64,000 nt of DNA, taken from contig OZ244048.1 of assembly GCA_965215265.1 (NCBI GenBank), positions 3,904,001 through 3,968,000 of the forward strand. The letters are read 5' to 3'. The position numbers and the translations under genes are program-made. This document shows positions 28,706 to 40,225 of this stretch, piece after piece; within the stretch, counting starts at the first letter, position 1, and each line of letters begins with the position of its first letter. The notes below the pieces were generated by a model. It made no database searches, had not been told where the DNA came from, and worked only from the letters and a program-made list of their open reading frames with translations. The stretch is from Candidatus Poribacteria bacterium (GTDB lineage Bacteria > Poribacteria > WGA-4E > WGA-3G).

Positions 28706-29560
28706 ATGGCGCAAAAGCCCAGCAGAATTGAGATACAACAGAGGTTTCCGAAAAGCACCTTTTCTCTTTGGTGCTTACTCTTCTGTTGGTTTGCACTACT
28801 TTCTTGTGAACCCGGATTGGCCTCAGAAGAGGAAATAGCAAAATTTATGGAGAAATTCGCGGTCTACAAACAGAAGCAAAAAGAATCTGTCACAAAATTA
28901 GCATCAATCCCCTTAAGCGAGGATGGACAAAAACTCTTGGTGCAACTGCTCAATGAAAAAGGAAGTTTAGAGGCCATTCTCTCAAGTCAACTGTATCTTG
29001 ACTATCTAAAAACAGAAGTTGGCGCGGCTTATGAGGATTTTCCAACCTATTTTGCTGAAATGCCTACACCCGAATTGAAATCAAAGACGAGGCTCGCCTT
29101 TAAAGAGATCCTCCCGCCAAAGGCAACACCTCAAGAAATTCAACATTGTGTGAATTTCTATTTCAAGGTGCGCAAATTGTTCTCAGAGGAGCCGGATATC
29201 CTCAACAAGAACCCAGGAAAATTTGCCGCGTTCCACTTGGAACACTTCAGTGACCCAATAATGAAAGACTACACAAAAGAGGAACTTCTTTCCAAGTTCC
29301 CCCAAATCATGCAGCTCGGCATGGTGCCCCCCGTCATAGCTAATCAGGAAACACAAGTGTATCATGACGCTTGGCACCAACGCTTGAAAACGCACGGGGC
29401 ACACGAAGGGTTGCTGCGGTGTGCTATCACAACCCCTAACCAATTTGCCCTAATACGTTCATTTTTTGAAGAACCCGGGGCATTGGAAAAATGGATTTTG
29501 GAACCGCTAAAACCGGCTGAACCTAAACAGAACCCGCAAAACAAGAAAGGGGATAAATGA
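28706..29560 (+). CDS. Exported hypothetical protein (possible lipoprotein, LLSC)
   Basis: TAGGAG RBS; hydrophobic segment; shares an SxxYxDYL-like segment with the upstream protein. Confidence 0.7.
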   Translation: MAQKPSRIEIQQRFPKSTFSLWCLLFCWFALLSCEPGLASEEEIAKFMEKFAVYKQKQKESVTKLASIPLSEDGQKLLVQLLNEKGSLEAILSSQLYLDYLKTEVGAAYEDFPTYFAEMPTPELKSKTRLAFKEILPPKATPQEIQHCVNFYFKVRKLFSEEPDILNKNPGKFAAFHLEHFSDPIMKDYTKEELLSKFPQIMQLGMVPPVIANQETQVYHDAWHQRLKTHGAHEGLLRCAITTPNQFALIRSFFEEPGALEKWILEPLKPAEPKQNPQNKKGDK

Positions 29561-29628
29561 AAACGACTTCAATTGCCGCTGATTCCAGCAACGCTTGCTG
29601 ACCAAGAACTGGCAGGCCTATATTTTAC

Positions 29629-29657
29629 TTGACATGTTTTTAAACATGTTATATAGT
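29629..29657 (+). promoter_or_regulatory. Sigma-70 promoter with an overlapping operator palindrome, upstream of the enhancer-binding protein gene
   Basis: TTGACA-17 bp-TATAGT; ACATGTTT-tt-AAACATGT at 29632-29649. Confidence 0.65.
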
Positions 29658-29824
29658 TGTATTATTGTGACGAACGCCTTTCACTCTTTATCAACTTGAT
29701 TTGTATTGTTGGTGGGGGCTCGAGCTCGCCTGTCGAAAAAGAAACTTATTAACGTACTGTCGCAAATTATCCGCTCCTTCACTCAACACGGCCAGATATT
29801 CCTAGAAAACAAAACGGAGAATCA

Positions 29825-31147
29825 TTGATGACAAATCAACGAGAAGGTACTTGCCGGGAGTTGCTCCACGTCCTTATCATAGAGGACACCCCCACTGCGA
29901 ATAGAATACGCCACATCCTTGAAGAGCACGGTTATGAATTCTCTCCTATAGCATCAGACGGGGATAGCCTGCTTGTGCCTGAGGGAAGCGAGGCATTTCG
30001 GACGATTACGGACTTAGCTCCGGAGGCGACAGTCATGACAGTTCAGGCAGCAAAGCAGCAGGCTGACAAGGTTCCACCGACATCGCACCCTGTTTCCGAG
30101 GAAAGGACAGAAACTTCTTCAGAACTTCACACAAGAGAAGAGTTGAAAGGAAATTACGCCAATATCATTGGAGACAGCCCGCCGGTTTTTGCAATGCTGC
30201 AAGAGATTGATGATTTTGCTCAGACTGATGCCCATGTCCTTATTTTAGGTGAAACTGGGACGGGCAAAGAGCTCGTCGCGCAAGCCATCCACCGAAATGG
30301 TGCCAGATCCGAAAAGAGGATGCTTACTGTTAACTGCGCTGCGATTTCACCACACCTGATACTCACAGAGCTATTTGGTTATGAGAAAGGTGCATTTACC
30401 GGGGCAGATAAACAACAGATTGGACTGTTTGAAGCGGCGAAGGCATCGACGCTCTTCCTTGATGAAATAGGGGAATTATCGCTTGAGCTTCAAGCCGTGC
30501 TGCTGCGAGTGCTAGAGGAACGCACGATTCGCCGAGTCGGAGGGGTCACAGAAATTCCGGTGGATGTCCGGGTTATCGCGGCCACCAACCAAGATCTGCC
30601 AAAAGAAGTTGCCGCCGGGAAGTTTCGCGAAGACCTTTATGAACGTTTAAAAACGTTGAGTATCTCCACGCCATCATTGCGAGAACGGAAGGAAGATATT
30701 CCGGCATTAGCACAACACTTTTTAGATATAGAGAGCATGCATAACCGGCAACCGGTAGGTAAGATAACGGAAGCAGCCTACTCATGTCTCCAAGCCTATA
30801 CTTGGCCCCGGAATATACGGCAGTTGAAGAATACGATCTTAAGCACAATGCTCCGTGCTAAAGGCAGCGATATCTTGCCCAAACATCTCCCTGAAGAAGT
30901 CCAACAACCTCTAGCACCCCAATTCAGTTCTCCTGAAGAAGCAGCAAAACGTCAGGAGGTATACGTTATAGACTTTTCGCTCAGAAGAACGTTGGGGGAA
31001 ACCATCGCATCGGTGGAGAGAACGTGCTTGCTCCATACTTTAGCGCGAACCAATGAGAATCGCACCCACGCCGCACAGGCTCTAGGGCTAGAACTCCGGA
31101 CCTTCTATCGCAAATTAAGACGACATCACATCTCGCGTATGCATTAG
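29825..31147 (+). CDS. Sigma-54-dependent enhancer-binding protein (NtrC/Fis family) with degenerate receiver domain
   Basis: GETGTGKE, ELFGYEKGAFTGA, LFLDEIGE, RVIAATN, FREDLY, WPRNIRQL, C-terminal HTH. Confidence 0.95.
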   Translation: MMTNQREGTCRELLHVLIIEDTPTANRIRHILEEHGYEFSPIASDGDSLLVPEGSEAFRTITDLAPEATVMTVQAAKQQADKVPPTSHPVSEERTETSSELHTREELKGNYANIIGDSPPVFAMLQEIDDFAQTDAHVLILGETGTGKELVAQAIHRNGARSEKRMLTVNCAAISPHLILTELFGYEKGAFTGADKQQIGLFEAAKASTLFLDEIGELSLELQAVLLRVLEERTIRRVGGVTEIPVDVRVIAATNQDLPKEVAAGKFREDLYERLKTLSISTPSLRERKEDIPALAQHFLDIESMHNRQPVGKITEAAYSCLQAYTWPRNIRQLKNTILSTMLRAKGSDILPKHLPEEVQQPLAPQFSSPEEAAKRQEVYVIDFSLRRTLGETIASVERTCLLHTLARTNENRTHAAQALGLELRTFYRKLRRHHISRMH

Positions 31148-31203
31148 CTGTGAGTGTGGCTGCCCCTTGTTGTCACGGGCTACGTCTGTCCGGCTTGTTA
31201 TGA

Positions 31204-32772
31204 CTACACAACACTGAAAGCATAAAGTCTCGCTTTATTCAGGACAAAACGGAACCGCAACGGCTGCTGTGCCTCTGCTAACGCAGCAGACTGCCATTGC
31301 ACCGAATGCCGTATCTTATCCTCTGTCAACGGCATGCACTTCTCTATCGAAAATCCGGGTTGCACTTCTCTACCCACTGTCAGCACTTCAACACGTACTT
31401 GGCCTGCTGTAGCATCCGCATTAATTTGTAAGGTGCCATCTGGAATGCGTAAGGGGACGGTTTCAACGATACCCTCACTCGCATCAGCATCAAGAGAGAC
31501 GAAGCCGTCTAATCGCCATTTCGCCAGTCCAATCTCCTTATGTCTATCTTTCATCGCAGCACCGTGGGTGTGGACTGTCCCAGTATAGTACCAGTGAATC
31601 GCATCGTCGGTAATAATCGGTCGTGTTGCGGTTCCCATAATCATCCCGCTGTCAAATGTGCCGGGTGCTCCCCGTCGAATAATTGGGGTGCGATTCTCGT
31701 CGGGGTAATGCCAATTGATGCCATCCCGGCTGCACACGAGTTGCGCGTCAATCGGACCATCCACCGGAATTTCATGTTCCGCTGCCCCCGGTCCCGTCAC
31801 GTATAATACACCGGCGATGCCGATGTAGATGTTATGATAAAGGAACCCTGACAGGTTATGAATTTCCGCCCGCGTCGCGCCATATCTCTCAACTCCAACT
31901 TCATCGTCCTGACGGTTTGCCCGGAACATCGGTTGAAGGGGTGCCCAAGGCCCCTCCAAGTGTCGGCCTTCGGTATAGTGGATCATCCGTCGTGCGTCTT
32001 TGTCGGTATCCCGGGTCAACGCATAGGCGCGAAACAAGCAAGCTTTATTGTCGTATACGACATTGAAGCACCCTTCGTTGTCTCGCTGTGCAACCGGCTC
32101 AAGATAATCTGAGTCGTCCCAATGGATGCCGTCCGGTGAAGTAAGCAGGAAGATGTTGCGGTAACGCCTGCAGAACCCAATGGCCTTATACCGTTTCTGC
32201 GGATGCGATTCTGCTTCATCCCGGAATACGCTCGCGCCGTGTAGGTCCCACACAATGTTGTTGTTCGGGTTGCCGTTGAACTCAAAAATACCGAGGTTCG
32301 GTTTGGTCCAACTCAATCCGTCGTCGCTCTCTGCATAGCATGTCAGATCTCCGCGGTCATTCTCAACGAACTTCCGTCCGTATACATCGTGTGTCTGCGC
32401 TCTGTAGGCTGATGGATTTCGATCCGGTCGGGGGACATAGAGCCCCGGGATTTCGTTTGCTTGAAACCGCCAATGCGGACCCATTCGGCACATATACCAC
32501 ATCCGATACTTCCCAAATGCTGCATCGTACATCGTGGTTCCATAAAGATGTACACGCCTGGACTGATCTGGTCCGCCATGCTCCCAAGGATTATTGGGCT
32601 CGGGTTTCAGGACGGAGGTCTCATGCTTGACAGCCGGATGCAGCGTGCGCCTCACGCCACGTTTGGAAGCAATTACGGTGTCATCAATAAATAGCTCTGT
32701 GTTATTGTTGTCAAGTGTCTGAACAGTCTCTGAATTCACTCTGTTTTTCTCCTCTGCATTACGGACAGACAA
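31204..32772 (-). CDS. Hypothetical protein, probable 5-bladed beta-propeller glycosidase-like fold
   Basis: LFIDD, KYRMWY, Asp-boxes YAESDDGLSW / SPDGIHW / SRDGINW, RLDGFVSLDA. Confidence 0.7.
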   Translation of the reverse strand: MSVRNAEEKNRVNSETVQTLDNNNTELFIDDTVIASKRGVRRTLHPAVKHETSVLKPEPNNPWEHGGPDQSRRVHLYGTTMYDAAFGKYRMWYMCRMGPHWRFQANEIPGLYVPRPDRNPSAYRAQTHDVYGRKFVENDRGDLTCYAESDDGLSWTKPNLGIFEFNGNPNNNIVWDLHGASVFRDEAESHPQKRYKAIGFCRRYRNIFLLTSPDGIHWDDSDYLEPVAQRDNEGCFNVVYDNKACLFRAYALTRDTDKDARRMIHYTEGRHLEGPWAPLQPMFRANRQDDEVGVERYGATRAEIHNLSGFLYHNIYIGIAGVLYVTGPGAAEHEIPVDGPIDAQLVCSRDGINWHYPDENRTPIIRRGAPGTFDSGMIMGTATRPIITDDAIHWYYTGTVHTHGAAMKDRHKEIGLAKWRLDGFVSLDADASEGIVETVPLRIPDGTLQINADATAGQVRVEVLTVGREVQPGFSIEKCMPLTEDKIRHSVQWQSAALAEAQQPLRFRFVLNKARLYAFSVV

Positions 32773-33020
32773 GATTTATCTGTTCTCAGAATAAGCCGAT
32801 ACTCGGAATTGATCTTTCGAAGAATATTAAATTTCTTCTCTTTGGTTACCTTAGTTACCTTCTACTGTTTCTACCGGTCTCAGCAAAAACACATTGCGAT
32901 CTGGAAGAATATGCAAGAATTGCGTCGTGGCGGGGTTTTCCTGCGCTTACCATTCTCCTTTCTCGTTTTATTCGCGCCATTTCTGTCTGTTGTATCTTTC
33001 AGATTAAACGTGAGGTGCTT

Positions 33021-34769
33021 TCAATCTCCTGCCCACAATCGCTGCATCTCTTCCGAGGAAGCGAGCAATTCATCAAGCGTCCCGACGCTCTCAACGCGTC
33101 CGTCCTTCAGCACAACGATCTGATCTGCCCGTCGGAGTGCAGGTCTTCGGTGAGAAACGACGAGGCATGTTGCACGCCTTGTCTCAAAGAGACGTTCCCA
33201 CAAGAGGCGTTCCGTCTCCACATCAAGCCCTGCCGAGAGATCGTCAAAGACGAGGAGCTCTGCATCGCGGATAAACATGCGTGCTGCTGCTGTGCGTTGC
33301 ATCTGTCCACCGGACAACCGCACGCCGCGTGGTCCGACAACGGTTTTCAGCCCGGCTTCAAGTGTCGGAACATCTACCTCCATCACACCGAGCCGAATTG
33401 CTCGATCTAAGTTATCCCTTCTCTCTGGCAAGCCCATGAGTATGTTATCTCTCAGCGTTTCACTAAAGAGTTTCGGTGTTTGCGGGGTATACGCACAACG
33501 CGGCGGAATGAAAAATGACTTCGGATCCGCGACGATTTTGCCGTTCCACCGGATGTCACCGGCTTGTTTCAGGAGAACGCCCAAAAACGTTCGCAATAGT
33601 GTGGTTTTGCCTGCTCCAATCCGGCCCGTCACAACAGTGAAAGAACCTGCCGGAATTTGTAAGTCAACCTCCGAAATGCCCGTCGAATCGCCATCGTAAA
33701 GGTAGGTCAATCCGGTAATACTCAGGTTATCCAGCCGGTCAGTTCCAGCTTTTCGTGGAATAGCGAGGGGCGGCTGCTTGCCACGCAGATACACCGGTAC
33801 GTGTTTGACCAGGTCCGCCTCTGACATCTCATCAACGGTTTGTGCCATGCGGTTAAACGAAACCTCTGCACGCTTGTGCTGTGCCATGACAGAACCGATT
33901 AGGGAACCACTTATCGCAACTTCGCCGATATAGGTAGTAAACAGCGCGAAATCGCCGACTGAAAAGACACCGGATTTCATCTGTTCAGCAATCAAGATTA
34001 GAATCGCACCGGTGGCGATATGGCTGATGTTGAAACCGATTGACCTCAGCACCTGATTAAACAGATTATCGATCAGGGTTGTTTTGCGTCTTGCATCGTT
34101 CAAGTCCTGAAAATGTGAGATGACGTTGGACTCCGCTCGCGCAACCTTCACCGCTAGAACGGATTGGAACAGCTCGTTAATGAAGTTTGTTGAACGTTCC
34201 GTAGCAATCCGCTGTGCGCTCCGATACCTGCGAATGTAACGTCTTAAGACATTGACAACTGTGATAATCAGGATGGACGGTACGACTGTGATAAGCGTCA
34301 CCCCTACGTCAATTCGGGCCATCCAGATAATCGCTAAGATGGCAAAAATGAGATTGCCCCACAAGTGAATGTACTGCTCCAGATAACTGATAATTGTTTG
34401 CACATCATCGCGGAAGCGGTTGGTCACTTCACCAGAAGCAGTGGACACGCGATGTGGCTGGGACATGTCCATAATCGCTGTCATGAGATTTTTACGGAGC
34501 AGTGTGGAAACAGTGTAACGCCAGCGTGCCCAGACGAAGGCTGAAGAGATAAGCACACTGCGATCCCCGAACTCTGCAACAATGAAGAAGGCGACAAACG
34601 TCCACGGATTGAGCCCTGCGGATTCACCTGTGAGGGCATCAAAAAAGCCCTTCATAATCAACCCAGTCACGAATGGCATGAGATCATCCAGGCCCCGGAA
34701 AAGAATCGTCGCGAGGAAAAGGAACGGCCGATAACGGACTAATTGTATAGACGCTTGCCCGGTTGTCAT
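33021..34769 (-). CDS. ABC exporter, fused permease/ATPase
   Basis: [23 protein letters not shown]. Confidence 0.93.
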   Translation of the reverse strand: MTTGQASIQLVRYRPFLFLATILFRGLDDLMPFVTGLIMKGFFDALTGESAGLNPWTFVAFFIVAEFGDRSVLISSAFVWARWRYTVSTLLRKNLMTAIMDMSQPHRVSTASGEVTNRFRDDVQTIISYLEQYIHLWGNLIFAILAIIWMARIDVGVTLITVVPSILIITVVNVLRRYIRRYRSAQRIATERSTNFINELFQSVLAVKVARAESNVISHFQDLNDARRKTTLIDNLFNQVLRSIGFNISHIATGAILILIAEQMKSGVFSVGDFALFTTYIGEVAISGSLIGSVMAQHKRAEVSFNRMAQTVDEMSEADLVKHVPVYLRGKQPPLAIPRKAGTDRLDNLSITGLTYLYDGDSTGISEVDLQIPAGSFTVVTGRIGAGKTTLLRTFLGVLLKQAGDIRWNGKIVADPKSFFIPPRCAYTPQTPKLFSETLRDNILMGLPERRDNLDRAIRLGVMEVDVPTLEAGLKTVVGPRGVRLSGGQMQRTAAARMFIRDAELLVFDDLSAGLDVETERLLWERLFETRRATCLVVSHRRPALRRADQIVVLKDGRVESVGTLDELLASSEEMQRLWAGD

Positions 34770-36514
34770 TTAATCATATCCTCCAACCCTGTTTTTAAGA
34801 GTTGCGAGAAAACCGAATTCGGGTCGCTTACCAGCTGCTTTCGTTCGCCCTGTTCCCGAATTTCACCTTCGGCGAGAATCATAATCTCGTCTACTTGTTG
34901 TACTGTGCCTAACCGGTGTGCGATAATGATGCTGGTTCGTCCTGCCAATAATCGCTGCACCGCCCGCTCGATGCGCTGTTCCGTCGCCGGATCCAGTCGA
35001 GAAGAAGGTTCATCAAGAATCACCACACTTGGCCCTTTGAGAAAAACCCGCGCAAACGCCAGCAGCTGCGCCTCGCCCGCCGAAAGCCCCGCACCTTCTG
35101 AAGAAAGCACAGTATCCAAACCGTTCTGCAGAGAACTATACCAATCTGATAATTCAAGCTCCTCAATGACTGACAAGATCCTGTCATCCGGGACTTGCGG
35201 ATCAAAGAGCGTTAAGTTCTCACGAACGGTTGCATTAAAGAGTTGGACATCTTGTGTAACTAACCCGATTCGGCACCGCAGCTCTTCCAGACGAATCTTG
35301 TCAATCGGCTCACCGCCGACGCGAATCTCGCCGCTCTCTACCTCATACAACCGAAATAGCAGCCGAGTCATAGTTGTCTTGCCGCTGCCTGTCCGTCCCA
35401 GTAAGCCGAGCGATTTTCCCGGAGATAACTGAAATGAAACATTCTTCAATACAGGCTCGTCTTTCGTGTAACCAAATGTGACACCGTCAAATTCAATGCC
35501 AAGTGTCTCATACGCTGGAAGTCCCACTGTTCCATCATCAATACTTGAGGAAACATGATAGAGTTCTTCAATCCGTTTCATGCCTGCAGTTGCACGCTGG
35601 AGTTCGTTAATCTGCTGGCTGATCATAGATAGCGGGAACCGCAGCATTGCCGTGTAGTGCGAAACGAGATAGACGGTTCCGATTGTGAACACGTCTTCCC
35701 GAAACAGATAAATCCCCATCGCCAGTGCCAGTGCGGTCCCGAGGACAAATAGAACGCCGCTGATAGTTCGTAAAACCTCTCCGATCACATGCGCTTTTAT
35801 CGCCCGACCATAGACATCGCGATTTAACTCGTAGAACCGAGACATGGTATAGCCGATCCCACCGTTTGTACGCAGATCTTCAATACCTGTTAACCGTTCT
35901 TCAAGAAAGCCGAACAGTTTTGAGTAACCTTCACGTTCAGCAGTATACGTTGATACTGCAATGCTCCGGGTCAGATTGTATACCCAGAAAGCAACAAGTA
36001 CGAACAGCGTGAGCGCAATACCGATACGCCAATCTTCACGTGCAACCAAAATCAGCACACCCACCAAAAAGAAAAAATTACCCAATATCTGAAGTACAAA
36101 CTCAGAAAAAAAGTTCGAGAGGGCCGTCGTATCCCCGTCAATACGTTCTACCATCTCACCGGGGGTATGCTGATGGTGGAAGTCCATGTCAAGGTTTAGG
36201 CAGTGATGGGCAAGGTCGCCCCGCATCCAATTCGTAGCATGCCAACCGATATCTTGCCCCAAGTAAGAACTAACCAACATGACTACCTGTCTTAACAGGC
36301 CGATTGCAAGGAAGAGCCCACCGGCGATAAGCAGGCTCCGTGTCGCCCCACCGGCTTTTGCAGTGTCAATGAAATAGCGAATAATTTGTGGGTTGAGCAG
36401 CCCCAAACCGATGCCGCTGAACATGAAGATAGCGAGCAGGAGCACCCGCAGCCATTGCGGTTTGAGGTACTGTAAGAGGAGTGCGGCATACTGCCTATAA
36501 GGGACTTTTTCCAA
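34766..36514 (-). CDS. ABC exporter, fused permease/ATPase (heterodimer partner)
   Basis: [30 protein letters not shown]. Confidence 0.93.
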   Translation of the reverse strand: MEKVPYRQYAALLLQYLKPQWLRVLLLAIFMFSGIGLGLLNPQIIRYFIDTAKAGGATRSLLIAGGLFLAIGLLRQVVMLVSSYLGQDIGWHATNWMRGDLAHHCLNLDMDFHHQHTPGEMVERIDGDTTALSNFFSEFVLQILGNFFFLVGVLILVAREDWRIGIALTLFVLVAFWVYNLTRSIAVSTYTAEREGYSKLFGFLEERLTGIEDLRTNGGIGYTMSRFYELNRDVYGRAIKAHVIGEVLRTISGVLFVLGTALALAMGIYLFREDVFTIGTVYLVSHYTAMLRFPLSMISQQINELQRATAGMKRIEELYHVSSSIDDGTVGLPAYETLGIEFDGVTFGYTKDEPVLKNVSFQLSPGKSLGLLGRTGSGKTTMTRLLFRLYEVESGEIRVGGEPIDKIRLEELRCRIGLVTQDVQLFNATVRENLTLFDPQVPDDRILSVIEELELSDWYSSLQNGLDTVLSSEGAGLSAGEAQLLAFARVFLKGPSVVILDEPSSRLDPATEQRIERAVQRLLAGRTSIIIAHRLGTVQQVDEIMILAEGEIREQGERKQLVSDPNSVFSQLLKTGLEDMIK

Positions 36515-36755
36515 ATTGGAGGCGATCCTTTTCGCTCTAATCAGACTTTTTGATTCCCAAAAAGATGCTATACTTTTTAAATTAAAAATATGGGCGGGCC
36601 CGAAAAATAAAGCATCTCGTCATGAAGCCTTATGATACAGTAAAAGGAAATTTACTGCAAGAAAAATTTCACAATTTCCGTTTAACGGTCCAAGCCATGA
36701 AACCCAACTATTATCCATATCCACAAACTGAGTCGAAGAACCCTCGCCCTCAAGG

Positions 36756-37538
36756 TTATTGTTCCGGACTTCTCTTGATTGCTGCCCACGTACTCGTCAA
36801 TTTGCCGGTGGCTTCAACCGGTAGCCCGACAGTCGCGAGTCTTTTGATGTCGTCAGCATTCAACGTCCGCTCATAAATCATCACCTCATCTATTAAACCC
36901 TTGAAATATCTAGCCCCACAACACTCATCCCATCCGAATTTCAAGTTATCGACCGTCTGCTCAATATGCGGAATGTCATTGACAGCTGAGTCAAGTTTGT
37001 CAGTCGCCTTATGATAAATGTAACTTGTCGCTTTATCGGGCCCAATCGCGATGGCAACCAATGCCCATTTATCTTCTGGAATTTCTGGTGCGCCAGCCCA
37101 GCCCCATGTATCTTCAGCGTTATTATTCCATACGTACGTCAACGTGTTAGTCGTGCTAACCCCCATCCAAAAAGCGTTCGTACCACGCCCGACAACAATC
37201 CCGGACCAGTCTATCGTTTTCCAGCCGTTGACACGGGCAACTGCCGTAATAGCATCTGTGGTTAATCCAAACTTATTATCTACGACGACATGTCCACCGC
37301 CACCGTCCACCTCAACAGCACCGTTTACCCAACCATCGTTACTCCATTTGGCACCTTTTGCTAACTCGGCATCGTGTCCGTTACCGGATTCGTCTTTCCC
37401 ATTACCGTCCAGCGGCCAGTATCCGACGAGTCCGTCCGTCAGTTCCGCTGAAAATACGTTTGTAACCAATGTAACCGATGTAACCGATAAACTAAACGCA
37501 AGTGCTAAAACTAAAAACACGCTTAATCTCTGTTTCAT
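36756..37538 (-). CDS. Secreted LamG-like jellyroll protein
   Basis: GLVGYWPLDG, FKGLIDEVMIYERTL, tail VEATGKLTSTWAAIK. Confidence 0.88.
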   Translation of the reverse strand: MKQRLSVFLVLALAFSLSVTSVTLVTNVFSAELTDGLVGYWPLDGNGKDESGNGHDAELAKGAKWSNDGWVNGAVEVDGGGGHVVVDNKFGLTTDAITAVARVNGWKTIDWSGIVVGRGTNAFWMGVSTTNTLTYVWNNNAEDTWGWAGAPEIPEDKWALVAIAIGPDKATSYIYHKATDKLDSAVNDIPHIEQTVDNLKFGWDECCGARYFKGLIDEVMIYERTLNADDIKRLATVGLPVEATGKLTSTWAAIKRSPEQ

Positions 37539-37791
37539 CTTCTATCTCCTTCATTTTTCTGATTCAGATGACTGATTCTGTAAACCGACGGCTTCAATTT
37601 TCGTGCAGCCATTCTTATGATAAAGCCAAAAACCGTTTTGTGCAAGAGAAATCAGATAATAGACGCTTGACTTTTTTCTCTATTATGTTAAAATAACTCT
37701 AAAGTTGGCATAAGATATTTGTGCGATTTTGCCCAGTCAGGTAGAAATCGCCCACATCTAAAACCGCGAACCCCGGCCCGGAGTTAACACG

Positions 37792-37941
37792 ATGCCCGAG
37801 CTCAATATCAAACCCTCTCATAAGCCCATTCAGGCATTTTATACCGAACTTGAAGAATACGCACAAGTCGGCACAGAAAGCGAAGGCCCGGTTCGACATA
37901 ACGTCGGCACGTCCTTTTTAGATTCGCAGCATTGCGTCTGA
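37792..37941 (+). pseudogene. Probable N-terminal remnant of a type ISP/IIG restriction-modification gene
   Basis: MPELNIKPSHKPIQAFYTELEEYAQVGTESEGPVR resembles, from memory, N-termini of N-6 DNA methylase fusions; ends after 49 aa. Confidence 0.45.
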
Positions 37942-38100
37942 CTGTCGTGATTTACTCGTATTTGTTCGTTGCTATTTCTGTGGAGATGGTATATATTAAC
38001 CTTAGCACTTTTAGAACCGTAGATTTTGCCCAAGTTCAAGTTCCGGTAATGAATAGATTTGGCTTGTCTACAATTTGATCGGATACAGAAAGGAGATGCC

Positions 38101-39264
38101 ATGAAAATCAAAGCGGTTCGCGCCGTAGAAATTGAGCTTAACCCCAAACCGACGACACCGCCACGTGCACCGAGCCGGGCAAGCACATTTGGGTTGAACC
38201 GTCCCATAGACCGGTACCTAACCGACCAGACTCACGGACACGTTTCTTCTTCAGAATGGAAACGCCCCGCTTGCATTGTGACAGCAGAAGACGGAAGCTG
38301 GGGATTCGGGATTTCGTTGTACAGTGGTCCCGTCAACCGTATTATTAATGATCATTTTGCACCACGGCTCATCGGCCAAAATTGTATGGCGACTGAAAAG
38401 TTGTGGGACATGATGGTTCGCTCATCAGCAGCATTCGGTGCTACCGGTTTGACGAGCTACGCCATCAGCGCCGTGGATTGTGCCTTGTGGGATCTCAAAG
38501 GTAAAATTCTAGGCAGACCTGTCTACGAGCTCCTCGGCGGACCACAGAAAGATAAAATTTTCTGCTACGCCTCCGGTTTTGATCAGGAATGGTATATGGA
38601 ATTGGGCTTTAAAGCCACCAAACTATTCACACCGTACGGGCCAGAACAAGGCAAAGAAGGCTTGGGTAAACTTGAAGAACTCGTCGCCAGCACGCGAGAA
38701 GCCATCGGCCCTCAGGTTGACCTCATGTTGGATGCCTGGACAGGCTTTGATGTAGAGCATACGGTGCGCGTCTGCGAAACTATGAAGCCCTACCGTCTAA
38801 AGTGGATGGAAGATTACATCGCAGCAGATGACTTTGTCGGCTACGAGACAGTCCGGCAACGCCTCCCTTGGCAAACACTCGCAACGGGAGAACACTGGTA
38901 CCTACCCACCGTCTTCGCCGCAGCTGCCGGGCGAAGGTTAGTTGATATCTTCCAGCCGGATGTCTTATGGTGCGGCGGCATAACTGCAGCCGTCAAAATC
39001 TGTCACATTGCAGAGGCAAACAACATCTCCGTGATTACGCACGGCGGCATGAATTATCCGTACGGACAACATCTCGCGCTCGCGATGCCGGCAATCACAT
39101 GGGGTGAACGTTCCGAAGGGGTCTCCGCCCCAGGAGTACCGCTCGAAGAGATGGTGAAACTCCCCGGCACTGCTGTCATCAAAGACGGCTACGTGGCACC
39201 CTCTGATGCACCCGGTTTTGGACTCGAAATTGATGAGGCCTGGATAGAAAGTGTCAGCAGTTAA
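38101..39264 (+). CDS. Mandelate racemase/enolase superfamily, L-rhamnonate dehydratase-like
   Basis: AISAVDCALWDLKGK, PVYELLGG, LMLDAW, WMED, TGEH, QPDVLWCGGIT. Confidence 0.88.
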   Translation: MKIKAVRAVEIELNPKPTTPPRAPSRASTFGLNRPIDRYLTDQTHGHVSSSEWKRPACIVTAEDGSWGFGISLYSGPVNRIINDHFAPRLIGQNCMATEKLWDMMVRSSAAFGATGLTSYAISAVDCALWDLKGKILGRPVYELLGGPQKDKIFCYASGFDQEWYMELGFKATKLFTPYGPEQGKEGLGKLEELVASTREAIGPQVDLMLDAWTGFDVEHTVRVCETMKPYRLKWMEDYIAADDFVGYETVRQRLPWQTLATGEHWYLPTVFAAAAGRRLVDIFQPDVLWCGGITAAVKICHIAEANNISVITHGGMNYPYGQHLALAMPAITWGERSEGVSAPGVPLEEMVKLPGTAVIKDGYVAPSDAPGFGLEIDEAWIESVSS

Positions 39265-39454
39265 ACTGCCCCGGCAAGTGTCAAAAAATCAGGCAGAACA
39301 CCATTATCAACCCAACCCCTTAAAAGTTTCAGAGATTCTTGAGATGGTTCTCTCTTTTTCAATCAGTCTGATGTCAATAGTTAGTACAGTTCAAACAATT
39401 GCATAAACGGCATCAAGCCGGAAGAATTTATTTTGATGCCAAGGAGAATAGAAA

Positions 39455-40225
39455 ATGACTCGTTTTACAGTCAGTTTAATCACTATATCTTTCCTATTTG
39501 CACAGCTGGGTAACGCTGAAATCGATCCGAAATCTATTGTAGGGGCATGGTTATTCGATGAAACCAACGGAAAAGTTGCCACGGACTCATCTGATAATGG
39601 AAACGATGGAAAACTTGTCGGCGGTGCAAAATGGGTGAAGGGTAAATTTGGCAACGCTATTGAGCTCAACGGCAAGGATGCATGGGTTACCGTTCCAGAG
39701 ATTGGGCCGCTTGAGGAGTTTACGCTCGTCAAATGGTTTAATTCAACAGGCAGGGTTAACCAATGGAGATGCTTCTTCAATCGAGATGGCTGGGCCTCCG
39801 GGTTTGTCCACTATCAATTTCGTCCGGACAACAAAATGGAGATGGCTATCCACTCTAACAATCCGGTGCGACACCCGGGCTGGACAGATTCCCCTTTTAC
39901 AGCAGACAAGGCTATCTTGAATAAATGGTACCATTTGGCTGTCGCGTATAGTAGCACCGAAGAATCAGTGCGTGTCTATTTCAATGGCGAATTAGATGCA
40001 GAGGGCAAATGGGGCCCACTGCCCGGAGTTTTTGGCCCCGGACGTATCGGCTCATGGGATGGCGGCGGTAGAGAGTGGGAGGGGCTGTTTGATGAAATGA
40101 TACTCTTTGATGTCACGCTAGAAGAAGCCGATATTCAGATGCTCATGGACAACGGTTTAGCCTTGACACTCGCTGTCGAGCCAACGGATAAACTTTCAAC
40201 AATGTGGGGAGAAATTAAGGAATGA
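39455..40225 (+). CDS. Secreted LamG-like jellyroll protein
   Basis: IVGAWLFDE, WVKGKFGNA, WYHLAVAY, GLFDEMILF, tail VEPTDKLSTMWGEIK. Confidence 0.9.
   Translation: MTRFTVSLITISFLFAQLGNAEIDPKSIVGAWLFDETNGKVATDSSDNGNDGKLVGGAKWVKGKFGNAIELNGKDAWVTVPEIGPLEEFTLVKWFNSTGRVNQWRCFFNRDGWASGFVHYQFRPDNKMEMAIHSNNPVRHPGWTDSPFTADKAILNKWYHLAVAYSSTEESVRVYFNGELDAEGKWGPLPGVFGPGRIGSWDGGGREWEGLFDEMILFDVTLEEADIQMLMDNGLALTLAVEPTDKLSTMWGEIKE

Noticed and set aside
32715-33410. 231-aa plus-strand ORF and similar long antisense ORFs (34743..35432, 60410..61144)
   Set aside because: They lie opposite well-supported genes and have no recognisable motifs.
37705-37725. TTGGCATAAGATATTTGTGC resembling the sigma-54 sites
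   Set aside because: The GG-N10-GC spacing is not met.
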